In this document: positions 56,263 through 64,000 of the stretch, piece after piece | How positions within the stretch are numbered: position 1 is the first letter of the stretch | Layout of the letters: every line of letters starts with the position of its first letter | The notes under the pieces: model-generated | What the model saw: the letters and a program-made list of their open reading frames with translations, nothing else | What the model was told of the DNA's origin: nothing | Database searches by the model: none | DNA from: Candidatus Hadarchaeales archaeon | GTDB taxonomy: Archaea > Hadarchaeota > Hadarchaeia > Hadarchaeales > JAWBSP01 | Assembly (NCBI GenBank): GCA_038842485.1 | Contig: JAWBSP010000001.1 | Location: 20,269 to 84,268, forward strand | DNA length: 64,000 nt | Direction of reading: 5' to 3' | Position numbers and translations under genes: made by a program

Positions 56263-57450
56263 TCAGATTGAAACCTTCTCCAGCTGGGAGAGGACGCGCT
56301 CCCTTATCTCGTCCACGGAGGGAAGCTTGCAGGGTTTTCCCCCCAGCACGAGCGGTTTGAGCGATTCCTCCATCCTTCCCCCGCAGCGCGGGCAGGAAGG
56401 CTGGCTCTCCGCGTGCGGGAGAACCAGCATGCCTAGGCAGGCTTCGCATCTCCAGACCCTTTTCCGCCCCCCAAGCTTTCCGCGTTTCGCTACGGGTTTC
56501 CCCTCAATTTCGACGATGTCCATGGCTAGGTCAAGAACTGGTGCGTTGGTGATGGAAGTTCCCACCCCGAACGCATCCGCACCCGCCTCCGACAGCTCCT
56601 TTATATTAGTGTCATCCACGCCCCCCGAAACCACTATCTTCACATGCTTCCCTCCCCTCAGGTCGAGCTCCCACCTCACTTCCCTTATAAGCTCTGCAAA
56701 GTTTCCCTTACGGGAGGAGGGGGTATCGAGTCTCACCCCGTAAAGCCTTTTGCCGAGGGTTTCAAGCGCCATGATGGCCTCCGCCTTCTCATCGTAGTAC
56801 GTATCGATCAGGGCGATCCTCGGGACCCCCTCGGGCATCAACTCATCAAAGGCCTTCCAAGCCTTCTGCTGGGAACCGAGCGAGATGATCAGGGCGTGCG
56901 GCATGGTGCCCATGGGCTCCTTTCCTATGGTCTTTGCGCCCAGGAGGCTGGAGACGCCGTCGAAGCCCCCTATGTAGGTCGCTCTGTCAAGCATGGGGGA
57001 AATACCAGGATGTGCCCTTCTTATCCCAAATGCTATCAGGAGCTTCTTTCCCACGAGCTTCCTCATTCGGGCAGCCTTCGTGGCAACACCTGAGGCATGA
57101 CAGAGGAAGCCCAGCATGGGGGTTTCGTAGAGGCAGTAGTCGGTGTAGATTCCCTCAATGGTCAGAAGTGGAACGCGCACCCCCCTCAGATCCTCGGGGG
57201 TGAAGATGGTACCCTCCGGAAGGCTGTATACATCTACGGGCAGGCCCTCGAAAAGAGCGGCAACTTCATCCGTCCCACACAGGACCGCCCAAGGCCAGTT
57301 CCGGGGAAGCCTCCCCGAGGTGACCTCAGCCAAGGCCCTCACCTTGACCCCCTTTTGCTCCAGAATCTCCTTGGTTCTGACGAAGTAGATGTCGGTGGTA
57401 AGCCCCTTCTTTATCTCTTCCGGGCTCGCGAGATTGAACTTCATTTCCAT
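56263..57450 (-). CDS. pncB: nicotinate phosphoribosyltransferase with C-terminal zinc ribbon
   Basis: PRTase type II fold. C-terminal CEAC…CPRCGG. Start trimmed to Met 35 to abut the pncA stop. Confidence 0.7.
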   Translation of the reverse strand: MEMKFNLASPEEIKKGLTTDIYFVRTKEILEQKGVKVRALAEVTSGRLPRNWPWAVLCGTDEVAALFEGLPVDVYSLPEGTIFTPEDLRGVRVPLLTIEGIYTDYCLYETPMLGFLCHASGVATKAARMRKLVGKKLLIAFGIRRAHPGISPMLDRATYIGGFDGVSSLLGAKTIGKEPMGTMPHALIISLGSQQKAWKAFDELMPEGVPRIALIDTYYDEKAEAIMALETLGKRLYGVRLDTPSSRKGNFAELIREVRWELDLRGGKHVKIVVSGGVDDTNIKELSEAGADAFGVGTSITNAPVLDLAMDIVEIEGKPVAKRGKLGGRKRVWRCEACLGMLVLPHAESQPSCPRCGGRMEESLKPLVLGGKPCKLPSVDEIRERVLSQLEKVSI

Positions 57451-57977
57451 CTCTCGAGCAGCTCCTTCGAGGTCAGGATGGTGGCTCCGTAGATCTCCCT
57501 CATATATTTCAGGGAGGCGGAATGCTGGGCAGGCTCTGGGCAGGAGGTGCAATCTGAAAGGACGGACACCTTGAATCCCCTGAAAAAGGCATCGGCCGCC
57601 GTGTGCTGGACGCAGATGTTGGTGACCACCCCAGCGAGGATGAGTTCCGTGACGCGCCTCTTTTTGAGGATTTTTTCGAGCTCAGTTTCAAAGAACGAAC
57701 TGTAAGCCCGCTTCTCAATCACCAAATCTCCCTCAGCCGGACCGAGTTCGGGAACCACCCGAGCCCCCTCCGTCCCCTTCATGGCATGCTTCCCCCAGAG
57801 CGAGAGTTCGGGATCCCCGGCTTTGTGGGAGTCGCAGACGAAGATTACCGGCACTTTCCTCTCCCTTGCCCTCTGAAGCACGGACTGGAGTCTAGGTACC
57901 ATCTGCTGTGCCCTCTTGAAGCCGAACTTTCCCGTCACGAAATCCTTTATCATGTCCACCACAACAACCGCTTCCAT
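57441..57977 (-). CDS. pncA: nicotinamidase / isochorismatase-family hydrolase
   Basis: Catalytic Cys in VCDSH context and NICVQHTA, 178 aa. Confidence 0.75.
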   Translation of the reverse strand: MEAVVVVDMIKDFVTGKFGFKRAQQMVPRLQSVLQRARERKVPVIFVCDSHKAGDPELSLWGKHAMKGTEGARVVPELGPAEGDLVIEKRAYSSFFETELEKILKKRRVTELILAGVVTNICVQHTAADAFFRGFKVSVLSDCTSCPEPAQHSASLKYMREIYGATILTSKELLERWK

Positions 57978-58018
57978 CAGAGATTACACTGGGATTAAAA
58001 ACGAGTTGAGACGTATGA

Positions 58019-58027
58019 ATTAAAAAT
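58019..58027 (+). promoter_or_regulatory. TATA-like box upstream of the intron-containing tRNA
   Basis: ATTAAAAAT lies 20–28 nt upstream of tRNA position 1. Confidence 0.35.
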
Positions 58028-58046
58028 CTACCTCGAAGTTTATTGA

Positions 58047-58152
58047 GCGGGGGTAACTCAACCTGGGAGAGTGTCGGACCCATCGGGCAAAACTGAAGAC
58101 CAGGTTGGCGGGTATCCGAATGTTGAGGGTTCAAATCCCTCCCCCCGCACCA
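58047..58152 (+). tRNA. intron-containing tRNA (anticodon probably CAU; CCA encoded)
   Basis: Acceptor GCGGGGG/CCCCCGC + A + CCA. T-loop GGGTTCAAATCCC. Anticodon stem TCGGA/TCCGA encloses 36 nt, i.e. a 7-nt loop plus ~29-nt intron. Total 106 nt. Confidence 0.75.
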
Positions 58153-58187
58153 TGTGAAAAATAGCAGTTTCGTCTTAGTCGACCGGA

Positions 58188-59093
58188 TTACAGATTTCTG
58201 AGGAAAGATTCCACTTCTGATAAAGTTGGGATTCCAGCCCTTCCACCGAGCTTTCGGCATTTCAGGGCGGCAGCAGCGCTTGCAAATCTAGCGATCTTTC
58301 TGGGGTTCCAATTATTTATCACGCCGTAGAGGAAAGCCCCGTGGAAAACGTCACCACAACCAGTTGTGTCGACCACCTTCACCTTGAAGGCAGGCTGGTA
58401 GAAGGATTCGTCGGGGGTTGAGCAGTAGCATCCTCTTTCTCCCATGGTAATGCAGACCAAATCGTTCTCGTATCTGGACATCATTTTTCTGCAAGCCTTT
58501 TTCACGTCCTTTTCACCTGTTAGCGAGTAGGAAAACTGTTGGGGTACAATGAGGAAGTTCACCAGTTTTAACAGGTCGTCCATTTTTGGTTTTAAAACTT
58601 CCACATCAAGTGAAACTTTTACATTTTCATCTCTGGCTTTTTTCGCCACCTCGGTCGCGTCCTCCAGCTTCAGGGAAACGCAATCTAGGTGGATAATTTT
58701 TGTTCTCCCAATCAACTTTAGGTCAATATCCTCCAGTTCTATAGGTGAGCTCTGTTCCCTCCAAACAATTGTTCTTTCTCCCGTAGATTTGTCAACAAGT
58801 ACCACAGCAATGACCGGGCTAAAATCTTTATCAATTTCCAGGAAAACATCCACATTTTCCCGCCTAAATTCGTCCACGAGAAACTTGGAGAAGTAATCCT
58901 CGCCTAATTTTCCCGCATAAGCAACTTTTGCGCCCAACCTCGCTAGGGTTACCAAGGAGGTCCCTATCAAGCCTCCTCCTTGGATGGAGAAATCTATCGC
59001 TCTTTTTTTCATGCCTAGAACGGGGTAACCGTTCAATAGATAGACGATGTCAACCGCGGTTGTGCCGATGCCTAAGACATCGTACTTCTGCAT
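58188..59093 (-). CDS. pfkB-family carbohydrate/nucleoside kinase
   Basis: Anion-hole DTTGCGDVFHGAF and N-terminal GG motif. Visibly lower GC than surrounding genes. Confidence 0.8.
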   Translation of the reverse strand: MQKYDVLGIGTTAVDIVYLLNGYPVLGMKKRAIDFSIQGGGLIGTSLVTLARLGAKVAYAGKLGEDYFSKFLVDEFRRENVDVFLEIDKDFSPVIAVVLVDKSTGERTIVWREQSSPIELEDIDLKLIGRTKIIHLDCVSLKLEDATEVAKKARDENVKVSLDVEVLKPKMDDLLKLVNFLIVPQQFSYSLTGEKDVKKACRKMMSRYENDLVCITMGERGCYCSTPDESFYQPAFKVKVVDTTGCGDVFHGAFLYGVINNWNPRKIARFASAAAALKCRKLGGRAGIPTLSEVESFLRNL

Positions 59094-59243
59094 TCAAAAT
59101 TGCAAACTCTCAGTTTACGCTATTGACTCTGTTCGCGTTTTTGAGGGAAACAATTGTGAAGGAAGTGCTGTTATCGCTTAGTTGCTTTTGACGCACATGC
59201 ATCCAACTGCAAAAATTTCGTGCTCATTTACAGTTGCAATTGG

Positions 59244-59257
59244 TGCGCACGTGCGCA
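59244..59257. repeat. perfect 14-bp palindrome TGCGCACGTGCGCA in a divergent promoter region
   Basis: Read directly. Lies in the 315-bp AT-rich gap between the pfkB-kinase start and the rfcS start. Confidence 0.5.
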
Positions 59258-59407
59258 ATATTAATCTCGGGCGAGTTCCCCGTTCTTTAGCGTGAGGTCT
59301 ATCTCTGAGCTCTCTCAAATAACACCGTGTCTCGCTCCCCTGTCTGAACTTCCGCCTGAAAGGAAATTGGTATCGGATGATTACTTTTACCCCCTCTACA
59401 GTTTTAG

Positions 59408-60367
59408 ATGCTGGATCTCTGGGTCGAGTCCTACCGCCCCAAGACGCTGAGGGAGATGGTGGGACAGGAAGAAGTGGTAAGGAGACTTCAAGGATTTTTG
59501 GAGAAAAAGTCCCTCCCCAACATGATTTTTGCCGGTCCCCCCGGGGTGGGGAAAACCACGGCCGCCCTGTGTCTGGCGAGGGAGCTCTACGGTGAGGGGT
59601 GGCGTCAGAATCTGATGGAGCTGAATGCCAGCGACGAGCGGAAGATCGAGACCATCAGAACCAAGGTGAAGGAATACGCTAGGTCTAGGCCTGTGGGAAC
59701 CTTCCCCTACAAGCTGCTTCTGATGGACGAGGCCGATGCCCTGACCAACGATGCCCAGCACGCCCTGAGGAGGATGATGGAGATGTACGCTTCCACCTGC
59801 AGGTTCATACTGGACTGCAACTACCTGAGCAGGATAATCGAGCCAATCCAGTCCAGGTGTGCGATCTTCAAGTTCGGGAGGCTCACCGATGAGGACATCT
59901 CCAAGATGCTGGACCGGATCGCCAAGGCTGAGAAGCTGACGGTGGAGCCCCCCGCCATGAAGGCGATTGTGTACCTGAGCGAGGGGGACATGAGGAGGGC
60001 CATAAACATTCTGCAGGCTGCGGCGGCAGTGTCGCGCAGGATCACGGAAAAGGCGATTTACGAGGTCACGGCGAGGACGAGGCCTGAGGAGGTGAAGGAG
60101 ATGGCCGAGCTCGCCCTCTCTGGGAAGTTTGAGGAGGCGAGGAAGAAGCTCTACGAACTCCTGATTGACAAGGGTCTGGCTGGCGAGGACATTCTCGACC
60201 AGCTGCACAGGGAGATCTTCAACCTGAAGGTCCCCGAGAGCGTGAAGATCAACCTGCTGGAGAAGCTGGGGGAGATCGATTTCAGGCTGACGGAGGGGGG
60301 GAACGAGCGCATCCAGCTCGAGGCCCTCCTGGCGCATTTCGTCCTCGTGGGTTCGAGAATGAGATGA
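59408..60367 (+). CDS. rfcS: replication factor C small subunit
   Basis: WVESYRP, GPPGVGKTT, DEAD, SRC motif (SRCAIFKF). 319 aa, no intein. Confidence 0.9.
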   Translation: MLDLWVESYRPKTLREMVGQEEVVRRLQGFLEKKSLPNMIFAGPPGVGKTTAALCLARELYGEGWRQNLMELNASDERKIETIRTKVKEYARSRPVGTFPYKLLLMDEADALTNDAQHALRRMMEMYASTCRFILDCNYLSRIIEPIQSRCAIFKFGRLTDEDISKMLDRIAKAEKLTVEPPAMKAIVYLSEGDMRRAINILQAAAAVSRRITEKAIYEVTARTRPEEVKEMAELALSGKFEEARKKLYELLIDKGLAGEDILDQLHREIFNLKVPESVKINLLEKLGEIDFRLTEGGNERIQLEALLAHFVLVGSRMR

Positions 60368-61824
60368 GGTCGGGATTCAGCCGGCCCTCGAGTGGGGTTC
60401 TACTTCCCGTTTTCTCCCTGCCATCCCCCTTCGGTATCGGGGATTTGGGCCCGTCAGCCTACAGGTTCGTCGATTTTCTCTCCGAGGGGGGGCAGAGCTT
60501 CTGGCAGGTTCTACCCATCTTCCAGCTCGCGGAGGGGACGGGGAACCCCTACCTCCCCACCTCCACCTTCGCCGGAAACGTTCTTCTCTTGAGCCCCGAG
60601 CTCCTCCTTCGGGACGGGTTCTTGGATCAGTTGCCCAGCCCGTTGGGTGAGGGGAGGATAAACTACCCGCAGGTCTGGAACTACAAGATGCAGATTTACC
60701 GGAGGGCCTCTTCGCGCTTCAAGCCCGATTCAGCCTATGAGGATTTCTGCAGCCAGAATTTTTGGTGGCTGGAGGACTACGCCGTCTTCAGGGTCCTTGA
60801 GCGCGCGCTTGGCTCCAATTGGGTTCAGTGGCCTTTTAGCAGGGAAGAGGCGAGAAGGATTGCCCAGGAGAAGTGGGGGGAAGAGTTGAAGTTCGAAAAG
60901 TTCCTTCAATATCTCTTCTTTAAGCAGTGGTTCGAGCTGAAGGAGTACGCGAGATCGAGGGGGGTGGGCCTGATAGGGGATCTGCCCTTTTACTTCCCGC
61001 ACCGCAGCGCGGAGGTCTGGTCCAGTCCCCACCTTTTTAAACTCAAGCCGAACGGTGAGCCCGCCTTCCTCTCGGGTGTTCCGGGGGATTTCTTCAGCCC
61101 GGTTGGGCAGTTCTGGGGAACCCCGGTCTACGACTGGGAGGCTCACAGGGCGGAGAGGTTCGATTTCTGGATCAAGAGAATCCGGCACTGCCTGAAGCTC
61201 TTCGACTGGGTGAGGTTGGATCACTGCAGGGCCTTCGTGAGGTGCTGGGAGGTACCCGCCGGCAGGTCCCTTGAGGAGGGGAGCTGGAAGGTTTCCGCCG
61301 GAATTGATTTCTTCCTCGAGCTGCGGAGAAAGTTCGGGCCTACCCCACCCCTTTTCGGCGAGGACCTGGGGGCGATAATCGCCGAGGAGAAAGGGATTCT
61401 GGATGCCTGTCTCCCCACCATAAGGGTTCTCCTCATAGCCTTCTCAGAGGAGAATCCCTTCGACAGCAGGCATGCTCCTCACAACTATCCTCCCCGCTGT
61501 GTTGGTTACACCTCAACCCATGACATGGACACCGTCCTCGGATGGTTCCAGCACACCACCCAAGAGCGAAGGCGTAAATTTTTCGAGTATGTGGGGCGCG
61601 AGGTCCCGGCCGGCGAGGTTCACACCGAGTGCTTGAGGCTCCTAGCGCACTCGGAGGCGAGGCTTGTCATATTTTCCCTTCAGGATGTTCTCGGACTGGG
61701 TTCCGAGGCGAGAATAAACCGCCCAGGTCTTACTGAGGGCAACTGGGAGTGGCGGCTTCTTCCCGGTCAGATCTCCGGGGCCGCAGTTTTGCGCAAGCTG
61801 ACCCAGGATTCGGGCAGGCTTTGA
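60364..61824 (+). CDS. malQ: 4-alpha-glucanotransferase (GH77 amylomaltase)
   Basis: GLIGDLPFYFPHRSAEVW (compare GDLPIYV…DVW) and the YTSTHD catalytic region. 486 aa. Confidence 0.8.
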   Translation: MRSGFSRPSSGVLLPVFSLPSPFGIGDLGPSAYRFVDFLSEGGQSFWQVLPIFQLAEGTGNPYLPTSTFAGNVLLLSPELLLRDGFLDQLPSPLGEGRINYPQVWNYKMQIYRRASSRFKPDSAYEDFCSQNFWWLEDYAVFRVLERALGSNWVQWPFSREEARRIAQEKWGEELKFEKFLQYLFFKQWFELKEYARSRGVGLIGDLPFYFPHRSAEVWSSPHLFKLKPNGEPAFLSGVPGDFFSPVGQFWGTPVYDWEAHRAERFDFWIKRIRHCLKLFDWVRLDHCRAFVRCWEVPAGRSLEEGSWKVSAGIDFFLELRRKFGPTPPLFGEDLGAIIAEEKGILDACLPTIRVLLIAFSEENPFDSRHAPHNYPPRCVGYTSTHDMDTVLGWFQHTTQERRRKFFEYVGREVPAGEVHTECLRLLAHSEARLVIFSLQDVLGLGSEARINRPGLTEGNWEWRLLPGQISGAAVLRKLTQDSGRL

Positions 61825-62519
61825 GAGTCTGGTCGCTTCTCGCCTTCCTTCTGCTGGTGGGAACGATCTCCTCTGCCCTGGATACCGACCCTCCAAGCTT
61901 TGAGTTTCTGGAGCCGGCCCTCAAGACGACCAGCGAGAACGTGACGGTGAGGGTGAAGGTTACCGATGCCTCCGGGGTGGATGAGAACTCCATCGTTCTT
62001 GAGGTGGATGGTCAGGGGGTTCCCTTTGAGTGGGATGGGGAGCTCGTGCTTGCGCGGGTGAGGCTCGCGGAGGGCTGGCACTTCTTGACCCTTGTGGCCA
62101 ACGACAGGGTGGGAAATAGGGGGTCGGCTTCCCTGAGGTTCCAGGTTCTGGGGAGGGAGGTCAGGCTGATTTCAGAAAACCTCTACATCGTGGAAGGGAG
62201 GGTGAGGGTACACTTGCTGCTGGTGAACCCGAAGGAGGAGAGCTGGGTCGAGCAACTCGAGGTCTGGCTTGGCAGCTCTATGCAGGTGGTGGGGATCTCG
62301 GTTCCGTCATGTGAGACGGATTCGGTGGAGGTGGTTTTCGGGGCACCTTCTCCGGGCAGGTACCTCCTCCGGGTTCGCAGGCGGGATGGGGCGGAGCTGT
62401 ACTCCCAGCAGGTGCAGGTTTTTTCGGGGGCCGGCTTCAACTTCCTCCACCTTCTCCCCCCTTCCCTCCTGGGTCTATTTCTGTTTGCGGTCCTGAGGCG
62501 GAGAAGGCGGTTTAGTTAG
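61820..62519 (+). CDS. secreted Ig-like-domain protein with C-terminal TM plus Arg-rich tail
   Basis: TTG start overlapping the malQ stop (TTGA). Signal peptide RVWSLLAFLLLVGTISSA. C-terminus LLPPSLLGLFLFAVLRRRRRFS. Confidence 0.5.
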
Positions 62520-62536
62520 GGAGGGGGAAGTAAATC

Positions 62537-64000
62537 ATGAAGTTCTTCATCACCACCGCCATAGACTACCCCTCGACCGAGCCCCACTTGGGTCACGCCT
62601 ACGAAAAAATATGCGCCGATGTGATTGCGAGGTACAAGAGGCTCAGGGGGTTTGAAGTCCATTTCTCCACGGGGACGGACGAGCACGGTCTGAAGATCCA
62701 GAGGTACGCGGAGGCGGCCGGGAAGCACCCCAAGGATTTCGTGGATGAGATGGCCGCCAAGTTCAGGCGGATGTGCGATCTCCTCAACATTTCCTACGAT
62801 GACTTCATCCGCACCACAGAGCCTAGGCACGAGCGCGTTGCCCAGGAGGTCTTCAGGAGGCTCTGGGAAAAGGGGGATATATACAGGGGAAAGTACGAGG
62901 GTTACTACTGCGCGGAGTGCGAGACCTACTATTCGGAGAAGGAGCTCCAAAACGGGAAGTGCCCCGTGCACGGCAGGCCAGCCGAGTGGACCAGCGAGGA
63001 GTGCTACTTCTTCCGGATGGGAAAGTACTGGGAAAAAATAAAGGAGCACCTCAGGGAGCACCCGGAATTCATACTGCCCAGGGAGAGGGCCAACGAGATC
63101 CTCAAAAGGCTGGAGGAGCCCCTCAGGGATCTGTGCGTTTCTAGGAGCACCTTCGAGTGGGGAATCAGGCTCCCGATGGATCCCGGGCACGTGATGTACG
63201 TATGGGTGGACGCTCTCACCAACTACCTGACCACGGCAGGCTTCCCGGGGGGCCTGTGGCCGGCTGATTTGCACCTGATCGGGAAGGACATAAGCTGGCA
63301 CCACTGCGTGATCTGGAGCGCCATCCTCCTCTCCCTGGGTCTTCCCCTTCCCAGGCAGATTTACATTCACGGCTTCGTGACCATGGGCGGGGAAAAACTC
63401 TCCAAGAGCAGGGGGGTGAGGGTGGATCCGGTTGCGCTAGCCCAGAAGTACTCCCCTGACGCCCTCCGGTACTTCCTCCTCAGGCAGATACCCTTCGGGT
63501 CCGACGGGGAGTTCACGGAGGAGGAGCTGGTCAGGAGGCTGAACGAGGAGCTGGCGGACATCTTCGGAAATTTTGCCCACAGGGTTCTCTCCTTCATCCA
63601 TTCCAGGTTTGGGGGTAGGTTGCCGGCGGGAGAAATCGATGCCAGGGTGAGGGAGAGGGTGCTGGAAGTGGTGAGGGAGGTGGAGGAGAAAATGGACAGG
63701 CTGGAGCTGACGCAGGCCTTGGAGACGATTTTCTCCCTCGCCTCGCTGGGGAACGAGTACTTCCAGCACTGCGAGCCTTGGAGGGGGGGACCCGAGGCAG
63801 GGAACTGCTTGGTGACCAGTCTGAACCTTTTGAGGAGCCTTTCGATTCTTCTCTATCCCTTCCTTCCCGCTTCCTGCGCGAGGCTGGCCGAAATGATGGG
63901 GTGCAGCATCGGGCGGTGGGAAGACGCGAAGTCTTTCGAGCTCAAACCAGGACATGAGGTGCGGAAGCCAGAGCCCCTCTTCCAGAAGGTGCGGGTCCTG
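62537..64000 (+). CDS. metG: methionyl-tRNA synthetase (3' end beyond window)
   Basis: Class I HIGH motif in YPSTEPHLGHAY. Zn knuckle CAECETYY…CPVHG. KMSKS as KLSKS. SD-like GAGGGGGAAG 7 nt upstream. Confidence 0.9.
   Translation, partial: MKFFITTAIDYPSTEPHLGHAYEKICADVIARYKRLRGFEVHFSTGTDEHGLKIQRYAEAAGKHPKDFVDEMAAKFRRMCDLLNISYDDFIRTTEPRHERVAQEVFRRLWEKGDIYRGKYEGYYCAECETYYSEKELQNGKCPVHGRPAEWTSEECYFFRMGKYWEKIKEHLREHPEFILPRERANEILKRLEEPLRDLCVSRSTFEWGIRLPMDPGHVMYVWVDALTNYLTTAGFPGGLWPADLHLIGKDISWHHCVIWSAILLSLGLPLPRQIYIHGFVTMGGEKLSKSRGVRVDPVALAQKYSPDALRYFLLRQIPFGSDGEFTEEELVRRLNEELADIFGNFAHRVLSFIHSRFGGRLPAGEIDARVRERVLEVVREVEEKMDRLELTQALETIFSLASLGNEYFQHCEPWRGGPEAGNCLVTSLNLLRSLSILLYPFLPASCARLAEMMGCSIGRWEDAKSFELKPGHEVRKPEPLFQKVRVL

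Noticed and set aside
59093-59408. Large structured RNA (RNase P or SRP RNA) in the 315-bp intergenic region
   Set aside because: The region is AT-rich with no long GC-rich helices or conserved RNase P/SRP motifs. It is more consistent with a divergent promoter.

Overview
This is a GC-rich (~60%) archaeal chromosomal window. It is archaeal because it encodes thermosome, RadA, aIF5B/S6e/aIF2-gamma, L7Ae/S28e/L24e, L21e–RpoF, Rpo6, Kae1, FEN-1, Rad50/Mre11, RFC large and small subunits, isopentenyl phosphate kinase, a candidate CDP-archaeol synthase, RNase J and archaeal-type DnaG. Gene density is high, with many 4–30 nt overlaps between adjacent genes, and many ORFs start with GTG or TTG. Most of the window is core housekeeping: translation, replication and repair, molybdopterin cofactor synthesis (moaA, moaB, moaC and two moeA paralogues), NAD salvage, a Trk K+ uptake system and an ABC exporter. 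I find no CRISPR array, transposase or integrase. Three short low-GC patches stand out as likely acquired or accessory: an MvhD-like/ferredoxin pair at 37.9–38.6 kb, an orphan RelE/ParE-like toxin at 47.9–48.3 kb, and a pfkB-family kinase with a 315-bp AT-rich intergenic region at 58.2–59.4 kb. RNA features are a tandem tRNA-Glu(CUC)/tRNA-Arg(CCU) pair, an intron-containing tRNA, and a candidate C/D-box sRNA. Several small genes were missed by the 60-aa ORF cutoff: a 4xCxxC zinc ribbon, an Rpo6/RpoK homologue with no canonical start codon, a Trm112-like gene with a GTG start, and a small membrane ORF between trkA and trkH. L24e and ndk form one continuous reading frame, which may be a fusion. 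All calls rest on motif recognition by eye; no database search was run.
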